DNA of 64,000 nucleotides from Mobula hypostoma (taxonomy: Eukaryota), in NCBI RefSeq assembly GCF_963921235.1, contig NC_086119.1, positions 16,988,001 through 17,052,000 on the forward strand. Reading direction: 5' to 3'. The notes under the pieces were generated by a model, which saw nothing but the letters and a program-made list of their open reading frames with translations, was not told the DNA's origin and did not search any database. The translations under genes and the position numbers were made by a program. Shown here piece by piece: positions 13,537 to 25,910 of the stretch (its first letter is position 1; every line of letters starts with the position of its first letter).

Positions 13537-14097
13537 ATCAAAGTGGATGTTAAACATTAAAGTCTGAGACATAATTCTTTTGGGCCAAAAATAAATCAGT
13601 TTTGTCTATTCCCTTAAATTTAGAATGCATAGCCAAATCATAACTTTAACAAACACCCCATAAGAAGATACAAAAAAGTTAGATATCACCCTTGTTAAAT
13701 TGTTACCAAATCCTGAACGTTGAATCCATCCAAGGAGATTGCTCCAGCGTACCTCTCCTGGTCCTGGGTTCACTCCATTTACGATAAAAGGCAAAAGAAA
13801 AAAAAATTGCCAATCCCACGGGGCATCCTTTGGAATCCAACTGATAAAAATAAAAGGGAAGGGCTTTTCGAATAGCCAATTGTTGGTATGAGGGGAAAAA
13901 CAAAAACAGGAAACAAAAAAAAAAATCCACAAATACACGATTTGTTTGGGGCAGGAATCCACTCCTACAGCTCCTGGTAATATGATCCCGCTCCATGAAT
14001 CCATGTTATGATCCTCCCTATCCTATCCTCACAATGAATTGAATCCAAAGATCCAGCTCCAAGGATTGGGATCCAATGAGCCCTCTCCAATCCAAAC

Positions 14098-14937
14098 CTT
14101 TAATAACCAGCAAAACCAAAAAAGGAGGCAAACGTTAGATACAACAAACAACAAGGTTTATATGGGATGGGACAGTCATAGCTGTCATCTGGTCAATATA
14201 TACAGATGCTTTGACAGATGAACAGCACAAACTGCATCACATCCCTACAATGTGAAAGCTGTTACATATTTTAACAAGAAATTTTATTTCACAATACCAT
14301 TAAAAATGACAGCTTACTTCTGTAGTTAAGTATTCACTAACCCAACATCATGGTAACCCACGAATGGGCACATGATACAAGTGTTACACTCAGTTTACTT
14401 AGCTACATTAATGTCTATAGATACTGCTCTTTTATTAGAATGCAAATGAAACAAGGACATGATGTTGGTCTAGTGGATTTCAATTCAAGCCCTGATAGCA
14501 TCTACTACATGTATTTCAGTTAGAACAAAATTTACTGGTGCAGTATTTACTTTCATCAACACCTTCATTTCTAGTTACCCAGTGAAATCTAGTAATTGAG
14601 TTGGACTATACATGTAATTCACCACTTAACTGTATTACAAATTAAATTGATGTATGTTCAATCCAGGTAACCAAACTGCTGAGTCAGCCATTTTACTTGT
14701 ATTTCCTTTAGAAGATTGTAAAGTTTTATTTAATGGGATTTCTGCTCAAAATGGTGAAAACCAATGCCAGACTAGTCACACAGAACATGCAAGCTCAGCA
14801 GTATTGATGCTGCACAGAACTTTGTAATGCAACACAGTAACACCATAGTTTATGGATTATACAACCTTTTGTACAAAAGAGAAGCACAACTTCAATACTG
14901 CCAAGTTTAATTGTGACAATAGCACTTGGAGTCATAC
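14098..14937 (-). other. SRSF1: SRSF1 3'UTR alternative intron (NMD-inducing when spliced)
   Basis: Donor ATG|GTATGA; branch TATCTAAC, pyrimidine tract, then TAAAG|GTTTGG acceptor; flanks match the human SRSF1 ultraconserved 3'UTR as recalled; junction is about 550 nt after the stop. Confidence 0.85.
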
Positions 14938-15071
14938 CATTGCCTCCATAAATGATCAGATTCCTCCTCCTCCTCCAATTAGACACGATTTGACATTCCT
15001 AATATGACTGAAATGAGCTCCACAATCCTTTAATCCAAAGAATGCTTAATCCATCCTCAGTTGAGATATGT
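14938..15071 (-). other. SRSF1: Conserved GGA-rich 3'UTR alternative exon segment of SRSF1
   Basis: Acceptor TTTTCATGTATCTTCCTATAG|ACATATC; 134 nt; 12 GGA triplets; ends at the GTATGA donor. Confidence 0.75.
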
Positions 15072-15490
15072 CTATAGGAAGATACATGAAAAGGTAAGAT
15101 AAGGTACAACACAAGGTTTTCACAAACATGTTTCACAACAGCCCTACCTACATTGCCTCCTACAATTCTTACATTAGAATCTATTCAATTCAAATGAAGT
15201 ATAAACATTAACAAATTACCGCAACAGTTTACTGTTAATTCATGTCAAGTTGACACCATTTGAAAACTTCCCAAACTCCAACCCTATTCTATCTATACAA
15301 TTACCAGATTTCAGTAACGACGAGGGAATGTTAACAAAAGAGACTCAACCCTCTTTATGTGGTATCAGTTTAAATTGTGTACTAAACTTGAATAAAACAA
15401 GTTAACGTGGATTTAAAAATAAAGAATCCATTCTATTTAAGGAAAAGAGTGGTGATGTTCTACAAGAAATTCCAGCAATGGATTTACAAT

Positions 15491-15685
15491 CTAGCTACGA
15501 GAACGCGATCTGCTATGACGGGGTGAGTAGCGGGGAGATCCTCTGCTTCGTCTGGGAGAGTAACTACGGCTTCTGCTGCGACTTCGGCTACGGCTTCTGG
15601 TTCGACTGCGGCTACGTGAACGAGATCTTCCATAGCTTGGACTTCTTGGACCATCAACTTTCACACGGATATATGCTGTTTCTCC
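15491..15685 (-). CDS. SRSF1: SRSF1 coding exon 4 (end of RRM2 and RS domain, stop)
   Basis: AATAG| acceptor; [25 protein letters not shown]…[12 protein letters not shown]; the four exons total 750 nt = 249 aa + stop. Confidence 0.98.
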   Translation of the reverse strand, partial: GETAYIRVKVDGPRSPSYGRSRSRSRSRTRSRSRSRSRSRSYSPRRSRGSPRYSPRHSRSRSRS

Positions 15686-16112
15686 CTATTGAATATGTGA
15701 AGAAAAATGTTCACTACTTTTAAATGTAATCCACAAAAGCCACTGAATAAGGCTAGTACTACGTTTATTTCTTCTGACAAAGAATTATGTCCTTATACCA
15801 TTCAATGGTGTCTTTCAACCAAAATAGTTTGCTTTTCAACTTATGGTATGTTAACAAGAATGCTGTAATCAGGTAACTTTTCATTAAGACAAAAAAAAGG
15901 TTTAATTATAAAAGCCAGCACATTACATTTGACTCTACAAAAAAGGGCCAATCACCACAGTAAATCTAAGATAGTTTTATTAGCCATAAACAGAAACTCA
16001 TTTTCTTGAGCCATTCCTTGTGATTCCTTTGCCTTACCTGAAGCTCCAAATGAACAGTTAAGTTATGGCTCTTAGTGATCATCTTTAAGCCTTTCAGAAT
16101 TAGGTAACATAC

Positions 16113-16285
16113 CTCATGTGATCGGAATTTTGTGTTATCCAGCTTTCGCACTGCATAGCTCATATCTTCTTTGCGAACAAACTCCACGACACCAGTTCCA
16201 TCACGAAAAACATCAGCGTAACATACATCACCTGCTTCCCGCATGTGATCTTTCAAATCCTGCCAACTACCACTGGGAGGAAGTC
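16113..16285 (-). CDS. SRSF1: SRSF1 coding exon 3 (pseudo-RRM2 with SWQDLKD)
   Basis: TTTCCAG| acceptor; (G)[57 protein letters not shown]; donor GAG|GTATGT. Confidence 0.98.
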
Positions 16286-16370
16286 CTGGAAAAAGATATA
16301 ATTTGCAGTAATTAATAGCTGATATTCAAAAACAAAACCATGAAAATATTACTGAGGTCTTAAATCTCAC

Positions 16371-16555
16371 CTGATACCACCACTCTGTACTCTGAGCGCC
16401 TAGAGGGGGGTCCGTATCTTCCCCTTGGTGTTTGGCCACCTCCACCACCACCACCTCCTCTTCCAGTCCCTCTCCCACTCCGTGGAAATTCAACACGCAG
16501 ACGGTAGCCATCGTAATCGTAACCATCGCGACCATATACAGCATCTTCGGCATCT
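16371..16555 (-). CDS. SRSF1: SRSF1 coding exon 2 (end of RRM1, glycine linker)
   Basis: TTTCAG| acceptor; [61 protein letters not shown]; donor CAG|GTGAGA. Confidence 0.98.
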
Positions 16556-17559
16556 CTGAAAGTACAGCGAAATGCTGAAATTCTCTCGGAAATTGACAAC
16601 GAACAAGCATTGTGATGGGGCATATTTAATAAAAGAGAAAAACCGCCAGAATGTTATCATTATAAATTCCCATTGCTCTTAACACTTATTTTGGAGAGCC
16701 ATAGCCATGTGGTCTACAGCATGCCTCGGATCAATCACACCGTATTCCATGATCAGCCAACAACACGCTACTGAATCCCGTGTTTTTCCTGTAAATTCCA
16801 CTGGATCTTGCGTTTGTCCCCAAAGCATGCAGTCTTCTCCCGCTCATTTAGCTCTGCAGCAAATCCTCGCTAAACAAAAGGGCTGCGTGGCGCGCTTTCT
16901 CTTCCAGCAAAATGGCGTTCAGACTTTAACAGACACAACCAATAGGTTAAATTTAAAATAAAAAAAACCTCTGAACGGCGCCGAATAACGAGCGGGTGCT
17001 TTGAGTGTGCGGCGTACAGTGGATTAAAAACAGCCTCTACCTCACCGTGGAAACCATTCATTTTCCACAATAGATCCTAAATACAAATCAATAAATCCTG
17101 GAAACACCAACCCAGCGGGTAGCACTATTAGCATTTTATCAAATGGTGGTCTCCCTCTTAAAGGACACCTCCACTCCTTAAAAAGATAACAAAGCTACGC
17201 CAAATGCAATTCCTCCAGGAGTTAAACCGGCAGGATGAATGATTATATCCCGACTGAACTGAACGATTCCATACAAAGGCATTGAATTTACCGCAGTCCC
17301 TCCCCCCAGCCCCGGGAATCACAGAAAACCAGTTTCTACAATACTATGATTACAAACTGAATCCCGTTACCTATCCCCATTATCTGTCCCCACAGCAGTC
17401 CAATTGTAATGGGAAATCCACGGCCCCAACACCTCTCCACCCCTAAAAAGTTGTAAGGAAAATCGTCCCTCGAAAACAATCCCTACAGCTTTTCCACCCC
17501 ATGTTAACGGAAGATGCAAGTAGATCGCACCAGTCCCTGCAGAGTTTGCAAAACTGCAC

Positions 17560-18700
17560 TGAACACGACCCACTACTCCGAAAACAAAGTCGTGGAGGGC
17601 CAAGCATGCAATTCCCGACACGTCCATAGAAACTGCGAGGGTCGCCCCGCCGAGTCGATGCTGCGGGTCACGCCGATGGCTGCGGGCCAAGACGACCCGC
17701 GGGTGGAGTGGAGTGGAGTGGAGTGGCGTCGGAGCCCGGGAATAGAAGGTAGCGGCGGTGTGGGGAGAAGGTGAGGGAAAGGGAAAGTCACATTTTGCCC
17801 ACGCGGCCCTACCTCGGGTCCTCGAACTCGACGAAGGCGAAGGGCGGGCCGCCGCGCCGATTTTTCAGGTCGATGTCCCTGATGCTGCCGTACTTGTAGA
17901 AGACGTCCTCGATGTCCTTGGTGCGGATGTCCGGCGGCAGGTTGCCCACGTATATTCGACAGTCGTTGTTGCCCGCCGGCCCACGGATCACACCGCTGTG
18001 GTTCTGCATTCCGTTCCCCTCCAGCCCGACGGTTGGTGTGGCTTAAGCTATATGCGTAAAAAATATAAAGGCGCGAGTTGTTTGCGCGACTCCGGCAGCG
18101 CAAACAGGTTGCAGATTTTAAAACAACTACGTATAAATCGCAGAGTAAAAGAAAATGGGCCGACTAATTAATCTTCCAGCCACAACGTGTCAGTTCAAAC
18201 CGCCGACCTCCACGCTCCAAGATCACAACAAAATGGCGGCCGCTCCCCTTAACTCATTCCCGGGGAGTGCGGCGGCCGAAAGTAGTGCCGGATCGGCGGA
18301 TGTCTACCATAGCAATAAAAGAGTGCGGCTTTCTTTTTTCAGAAGCTTTTCCCGCACAACGTTGTCACTTTGGCGATCCGAGCTGTGGAAGACGGCTTTC
18401 ATCGAGCTTTGAATTTTTAAAGCCTACCATATTCTCTTTCGCGGCCCCCTCTTCCTACTTTCGGTGTATTCTGGTAACGGGGCATGCTGTTCGCGCCGAG
18501 GCTGTGACGTCACGGAGCTTGGCGCGCTAGGCGGCCCCTCGCGCGTTTTTTTTAGTGGCTCCCCTTCCCCCACCTTGCTCTCTCTCGCTCGCTGCCAGCA
18601 GGAGCGGCGAGGCGAGCCGGCCCACAGAGAAGCGTGCGTTCCGGCAAAATGCGAACTGAAGAAAGGCAGACAATGCTGTTACCGCCAGACAACACGTGTT
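17560..18700 (-). promoter_or_regulatory. SRSF1: SRSF1 CpG-island promoter
   Basis: CpG-dense; YY1 CAAAATGGCGGC 18229-18240; E2F-like TTTTCCCGC 18347-18355 and TTGGCGCG 18519-18526; palindromic CRE GTGACGTCAC 18504-18513. Confidence 0.8.
17813..18009 (-). CDS. SRSF1: SRSF1 coding exon 1 (RRM1)
   Basis: [65 protein letters not shown](R); donor GAG|GTAGGG; phases join correctly. Confidence 0.98.
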
Positions 18701-19059
18701 TTATAAAATAGAGGGGGAAACAAGCTGCATTCAATTGCTGCTTGGACCCGAGGGAGACTCGGTCTGCTGAGTTAGGGCCAACCATCCTTTCAGTTTTGCT
18801 GTTTTCCTTCTTCCCAAGTTCACCAATCGACCAGATGCTTTAGCAACTGTTTGTCCTCATTTCATTCTCCGGTTGCACCACTCACCTGCAATTTGCAGCG
18901 GCCTATTTTCTACCTGCACGCCTTTGGGATGTGCAAATTATCTAGAAAGCCACAAGATCATGAAAGTCCATGCAAGCTCTACATTTCCAGCATCCCGGGT
19001 CAGCACTGAGGCAGTAGTAATACCACTACATTCTTACTCAATGTCAGCAAGACTAAGGA

Positions 19060-20592
19060 GCTGATTATTAAACTTAAGGAGAAGGAAACTAGAGATTCAT
19101 AAGCCAATCCTCAATGGAGGATCAGGAGAGAGCAGGCAACTTTTAATTTCTCTTGTGTTCTTATTTTGGAGGACCTGCCCTGGGCCCAACACTTAAGTGC
19201 AATTATGAAGAAAGCAGGGCAGCACTTCTACTTCCTTAGGAACTTGCAAAGATTTGGCATGACATCTGAAACTTTTTACGAACTTCTGTACATGTGCAGA
19301 AGAGAGTATATTGGTTGGCTGCATCAGAGCCTGGTACGAAAGCAACAATGCTTTTAAACGGAAAATCCTCCAAGAAGTAGTGGATCCAACCCAGTGAAGC
19401 CTTCCCCAGGGGGAGGAGGGATATCTATATGAAATACTGTCACAGGAAAGTAGCATCCATCATCAGGGACCTCCACTACCCAGGACATGCTCCCTTCTTG
19501 CTGCTGCCATCAGGAGGAAGGTACAGGAGTCTCGGAGCTCAGCCCAACAGCTTCAGGAACAGTTACTAGTCCTCAACAATCAGGCTGTTGAACCAAAGGG
19601 GATAACTTCACTCAGCTTCACTTGCCCCATCATTGAAATGTTCCCACAACCAATGGACTCACTTTCAAGGACTCTTCATCTCATGTTCTTGATACTTATT
19701 GCTTATTTATTTTTGTATTTGCATGGTTTGTTGTCTTTTAGTCAGTCATAGTAAAGTACAGCACAGAAACAGGCCCTTCACCCATCTAGAATGTGCCTAC
19801 TCTCATCAACCTGCACTGGGACCATAGCCCACCATACCCTCCTGTCAATGTACCTATCCAAACTTCTCTTAAACATTGAAATTGAGCTTGCATTCACCAC
19901 TTGTGGTGGCGGCTCATTTGACACTCTCATGACCCTCTGAGTGAAGACATTTCTCCTTAAACTTTTCACCTTTCACTCTTAACCCATGACCTCTAGTAGT
20001 AGTCTCACCCAATCTCAGTGGAAAAAGCCTGCTTGCATTTACCCTGTCTATACCCCTCATAATTTTGTATACCTCTATCAAATCTCTCAATCTTTTACGT
20101 TCCAAAGAATAACATCCTAATCTTGCCTTATAACTGAGGTCCTCCAGACCCAGCAACATTCTTGTAAATTTTCTCTGTGCTCTTTCAACCTTATTTACAA
20201 CTTTTCTGTAGGTCGGTGATCAAAAGTGCACACAATACTCCAAATTAGGCCTCACTAATGTCTTAATACAACTTCAACAAAACATCCACTTCAATACTTT
20301 TTAATTTATGAAGGCCAATATGCCAAAGGCTTTCTTTATGCCCCTAACTACCTGTGAAACCACTTTCAATGAACTATAGACCTGTATTACCAGATCCCTT
20401 TGTTCTACCACACTCCTCTGTGCCCTCTGTCCCTTTGCATACCGATTGAACACCCAAGTTGGTGTGCTCTTTCATTGATTCTGTTTTGATTATTATTCTG
20501 TGGATCTATTGACTATTCCCGCAAGAAAATGAATCTCAGGGTTGTATATGGAGACAGACATGTACTTTGGTAATAAATTTATTTTGAACTTT
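19060..20592 (+). mobile_element. Rex-Babar-like LINE 3' fragment, split by a CR1 insertion
   Basis: CTGCCATCAGGAGGAAGGTACAGGAG (LPSGxRYRS) motif; tail breaks at about 19740 and resumes at about 20432. Confidence 0.75.
19740..20430 (-). mobile_element. CR1-like LINE 3' fragment (nested)
   Basis: 'LSYKARLGCYSLERKRLRDLIEVYKIMRGIDRV…TTTRGHGLRVKG' is a CR1 ORF2 C-terminus. Confidence 0.85.
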
Positions 20593-20739
20593 CAACCTTA
20601 CAAAAGACTTTACAGCAAAATTTTTAAAGAATTGTCATTTCTAAGTAGTGCCGAGGTTGTAATATTCTCTTTCTTGTTTTCAAGTCTCCACTCCTATGTT
20701 AAGTTCCATTCCCACCAGTTACTCTCTTCTATACTTCAT

Positions 20740-21845
20740 TAAATTTGTTTCCTCTGCCATTGATGGCTACACGTTCTGCTGTCAACTAAGGACTGGTATT
20801 CTCATTCAGATTTCATTACTACGCACAAATTCCCCTCCCCTTTGCACATTGCGAAGGGATAATTCCCTCTTCCGTATTCACCAAACTTTCCCTTTCTCAT
20901 CGCACTTTCCCATTCAACAATAGGAGGTGCAAGGTCTGGCCTCCTTGCCTTCCTGCTAACCAGGGACGCAAGAACTTACTTAAGTCTAGAGTACCATTTG
21001 ATGCTCCTGATTTGGACTGTTATACTGAGGAAACAAAACATGGACTGGATGATTGTTTTGTGGATCTCTCATGTTTGTCCCACAAGGGAGACCCTGAGCT
21101 TCCATTTGCCTCTCATTTTAATTCTCCCTTACTCCTACTGTCTGTAAACGGCTCCATTCTAATGAAGGCAAAAGTGATCTCAAGGAACAATACCTTATCT
21201 TCTGTCTAGGCAAGTTATAGTCTTCCAGACTCAATAATTTTGATAACTCACTTTCCCTGTTTGCATCAGATATGACCACGTCTGCTCTAAGTCATCCATC
21301 TGAAATAGTAGCATAATTTTTCTCCCTTTTTACTGACTCTGCCTAATCTGCTGGGAATTTGCTACAATTTTGAATACAAATTTGCTACAATACCTTTAGT
21401 TTGTTGATACTTTCTTTAACCCACTTATTAGGCCATCAACCAGATGATTCGTCAACTGTTTATCTTTCTGCAATCCTGACTTCACCCTAACAGAAATATT
21501 CCCATTTTTTATATGCGTCCCTTCCCACTTACCGTGCAACCTAACTTGAACTTGTTCTGTCTCTTTCCCAGTTCTGACAAAAGGCCTTCAACCTGCGAGG
21601 TTAACTATGTTTACAAACACAAGCGGTTCTGCAGATGCTGGAAATTCTGGCTTTTTCCCTCTTCCTTTCCAGTCTTGATGGAAAGTCTCAGACTGAAATG
21701 TCAACTGTTTGTTTATTTCCATGGATGCTGTCTGAACTGCTGAGTTCCTCCAGCATTTTGTGTGTTGCTCAGGTTAACAATGTCTCTCTTTCCATGGCTG
21801 CTTCTGATCTGTTGAGTGTTTCCAACATTTTCTGTGCTTTATGTT
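20740..21845 (+). mobile_element. Penelope-like element: GIY-YIG remnant and pLTR fragments
   Basis: 'CYTEETKHGLDDCFVDL…DPELPFASHFNSP' resembles YIGETxRxLxxRFxEH…PVAxHFN; decayed hammerhead-type pLTR pieces at about 21570 and 21671. Confidence 0.65.
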
Positions 21846-22116
21846 AGATGACAATCTACTTGCCCTTTGGATCAAATCCATCTTTAAGATGCTAACAACC
21901 TAATGCCTTTGCCTTCATTAAATCTATCTATCCACATTTATAAATAGAAAGGGGCTGAATAATGAGACAGAGATAGAGGGGAATAAATTATTTAAGTGTC
22001 ATTGGGTCTTGGCTAAGGTGGGATGACATGTCATATAACAAGGCAGCAGAAACTGAAAGTAAGTTTTATTAATTTATGTTTGTGTGGCGTGCTGCTCCAT
22101 ATTTATGTATCGCACA

Positions 22117-22682
22117 TGAAACCTTCGTTTCCTTAGGCTGCGTAAGTCTAGGGAATACACACTCAGGTCCTGCCAAATCCGTGAGATTGGGACATCTCTC
22201 CCACCCAAACCCCAGTTTGTGTGAATGCTGTGTAATTTGCTACCTCATTACAAGAAATAACAGACAGCCCACTGCATACAATTACAGGAATTATATTTAT
22301 GAATGCTAACTAAAGAGTTAGTAAAGGGAAGAAAGTAAAATACAAAAAAGGCCCATTATAGTTGAAGTCAAATGTGCACAGGTTGGAGCAACATTCCAAA
22401 AGTCATATTCACTGATCCTCAGCAGACTTCCACACCTTGCTCAAATTGAACATGGTCCCCACCAGGTTGAATGCTATGACCGGTTCTCTCCAGCGTCTTC
22501 TCTGTCCATCTCCTGCTGAACAAAAGCCCCAGTTCACACTAGTGTCAGGCACTCAGAGAAAAAAAAGTCCCCAATTGGATGGCTCGCATTCCGAAGCACC
22601 CGTTATCTCTAACCTTAACTCAAACACTGCTTCTACAGAAAGACCATTATGCTAACAGTGAAACCTCTACCAGGGCATTACA
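22117..22682 (-). mobile_element. Solo LTR (Gypsy-like), 566 bp
   Basis: TG…CA termini with 4-bp TSD CACA (22113-22116 and 22683-22686); interrupts a LINE tail that reads through when the LTR is removed. Confidence 0.75.
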
Positions 22683-25419
22683 CACAGAACTGCATCCACA
22701 AAACAACACATTTTATGACATACATACTGATAATAAATTTGAGTCTGATTCTTTACCTGCTTCTCCGGAGGGTGCAACAAGTAAGGTAATCATGCCTCTC
22801 TTGGTTGCCATTTCCAGATTCTCTAAGTTGTCAGCTCCTGCTTTCATTGAATGAAGTACTATCTTTTCACCACCAAGGAGCAAAGTCATATCATTTCAGG
22901 TTTAATAGTAAAAGTACTAACCGGCAGAAAACTGAAATGACTTCTTATTTGCTTTGTCATATTTTTCTCAATTCTGCTAGGTCTGTAAGCTTACCCAAAA
23001 GCAAATTTACGTAATTCTCCCCTAATTTCAAGTGTCTAGCTAGAAAGTTGTCACATACCTACACCCATCCCTGTCCAGCTGAGCTAAATTACATAATCCG
23101 TTTTACCCCATTCCTTATCATTCAGAAATAATGCATAATCTGGAGTGGAGCTGCTGCCCTGAGTCACTGCCACTCCAGATGACTTGGTGGAGACGCAGTT
23201 TGTTATTAAGGTAACTTTATAACCCAATAGATAACTATGAAGTAAATTGAAGACTTTTCAGGATTCTGTCATGGTATTTTATATTTTAATTCATGCATCT
23301 GTTGAATTTTGATATAGTGTATCTAAAGTAACAAAAGAGGACAAGATTTCAGGAGGTCATGCAGACAGATGAGAGAAAGGTACAGAACATTTTGTTAATT
23401 TAAAAGTAGTTTTAAGAAAGCTGCAGTATTCCTTTACTTATAAAAACTTAATAAAATTTCTCCACAAGTTTTTTTACATTCAAAAGGATCCTATAAAATC
23501 TTTCCATATTTATCTTAATAATAATCTTTCTGACATTAAAGGCTGCTTTAATTTTGAAATAACCCATATTATTTTTTTCACACTATAGTAACTAGAAAAC
23601 CTTTGGGATATATGCCCTTCTGTCTATTCTATTTTAGCATGTGCACTAGGTTTGCTGAAAGAACTTGGTGAGAAATTTTAAAAATGTCCTTTCCAGACAT
23701 GATCAAAATCCTGTAAGGCATTTTAAAAATGAAGGATCAATGTAGGAAGCAATTGAAAAACATCTAGCATTGTGAATGTAGGATGGGATGAAGGAACCCA
23801 CTTTAAATATAGAGTGTATATAGGTACAGGCTGCCTTACAAGGTGATATCAAAGGAGTTTGTAAGATTACATTTCAGCAAAGATGCAAACTGGGTAAAAT
23901 TGGCCACAGTACAACAAAGATCTCCATTAATTCTTAAGCGCTAGATTGTGAAGGGTGTCAGTCTTCATCTGTTTGAGATATCTCCAAATCAGTCAACTCT
24001 GTCCATCACACACATTTCTCAGTACCACTGGCTTTCCCAAAGTGCTTGGAGCCACCAATGGATCCATATTCCACTGAAGACACCCTCACTACAACCACGT
24101 CTGGAACTGACGCATCAGTGGCTTTTCCGGCCTGATACTGAGAGCCTCTGAAGGAGCTTTTGGATCATATGGATACAAACACGGCTTCCATTTGATGGAG
24201 AAAAAATATATAAAAATTCTCAATGGTAGAACCCACTTATCTGTAACATCACCGAGGATCATCCAGTCTGTGTTTAGTTTCCTCATTATGGGTGACACAC
24301 ACATTTCAATAATGCTGACAGTCAGACCCACCTCGTTTCACTCCTGAATGGAGACCAGCTATTAAACAGATACAGATAAGCAGCAGCTGAATGGTTCTCT
24401 CTTGATAACTGATTGCCACTTTCAATAAAGTTACAACACTATTGGTACCTGATGGTTTGCACTTATTCTAAGTTGCTTTCCCTGTTCATAGTCGCCACAT
24501 GTACCCTTCAGAGACTGTAGTACTAAACAGATGCTGGAGTTATGGGAAATTCCATTAACAAGCTCATTAAAAGTCAGTAGATAACAGCATATGAGATATG
24601 TTTTGATATACATGTGATAAAAATAATTAACCGGAATCTGAAAGGCAAAAGCTTCATTTTGTGTCACTGATGACAAAATTCTCAACCAATACGATAGTAC
24701 CTGAAGAACTTTCCAAATTCTGTAATAATGCAAGGACAAACAAACTAAGCATTAATGGAAGTTACACAACAAATTAAAAAACTTGTTAATATCCCAAGGA
24801 TCTTAATATAAGAGCAATGCATACAATACACTGGAGGAGCTCAGCAGGTCAGGGAGCATCTGTGGAGAGGAATAAACAGTTGACATTTTGGTCCCCCTTG
24901 TAAAGAAGCAAAGTTAACATATTGAGTATACTCTGAACATTAAAAGGAAAGTGAACTCAATTATAGTCTACCAGGCATACCAGGCTATGTGATTCCCAAT
25001 GGTCATGAAGGTCACATGTTCTCTCCTCAAGGTTATCTAGGCTGTGGAACGGACATTAATCTGTGCCAAAATAACTGCAGTTAATATATTAGATACCAAG
25101 TATAATCAGGATACCTGTTCTCCATGTTAAATCTTAGGATGTGCTCATTTGAAAATGATATTCATATGAACTAGTGGTCATTAATGGTCCTTGGCAAATG
25201 CTACTCCATGTAGCAAGGAGATTAAACAGTGTGACCATCTGTGAATGTGATTGGAATAGCAGTCAATGCCACCCACTCTCCTTACTTCTGTGCACTGAAG
25301 GATCTGTGTTAAAATAGATGGATTTCATATAACTATTGTTTGCTTTGTTTTTCCACTGGTTTCCATGGCACTATGTTTAGCCTCCACTTACTAACTGCTT
25401 ATAGTAGTAAGCCCAGCCT

Positions 25420-25910
25420 GCCACAGAGCACATTTACAAGGAGAGCTGCCACAAGAAAACAGCATCCATCATCAAGGACCCCCCCCCCCCCACCACCACC
25501 ACCACCATCCAGGCCATGCTCTCTACTCACTGCTGTCATCGGGAAGGAGGCACAGGAGTCTTAGGTCTCACACCACAGATTCAGGAACAGTTATTACCCT
25601 TCAACCATCAGGCTCCTGAACCAGCGTGGATAACTTCACTCACCTCAACACTGAACTGATTCCACAACCTATGGACTCACTTTCAAGGACTCTACAACTT
25701 ATGTTCTCAGTACTTAATATTTGTTTTTTTTGGAAATTTGCTGTTTGTCTGCTTTTGCACATTGATTGTCAGTCTGCATTTCTGTGTAGTTTTATTGACT
25801 CTACTGTATCTCTTTGTTCTACTGTGAATGCCTACAGGAAAGTGAATCTCATGATAGTATGTAGTGACATATGCATAGTTTGATAATAAATTTACTCTGA
25901 ACTTTAGAAA
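25420..25910 (+). mobile_element. Rex-Babar-like LINE 3' end
   Basis: AGCATCCATCATCAAGGACCC…CAGGAACAGTTATTACCC plus the shared tail. Confidence 0.75.

Noticed and set aside
13606-14004. 132-aa and 97-aa ORFs in the SRSF1 3'UTR
   Set aside because: They cross T-rich homopolymer tracts, and similarity to the recalled human sequence switches frame, consistent with non-coding conservation.
17703-17726. (GTGGA)n short tandem repeat
   Set aside because: Ordinary microsatellite with no spacers.
9991-17812. Intronic snoRNA or miRNA in SRSF1 introns or candidate downstream introns
   Set aside because: I saw no paired C/D boxes with a terminal stem, H/ACA layout or clean precursor hairpin by eye; an Rfam scan would be decisive.
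17367-18785. Several overlapping 77-176 aa ORFs around SRSF1 exon 1
   Set aside because: Expected shadow ORFs in a stop-poor CpG island.
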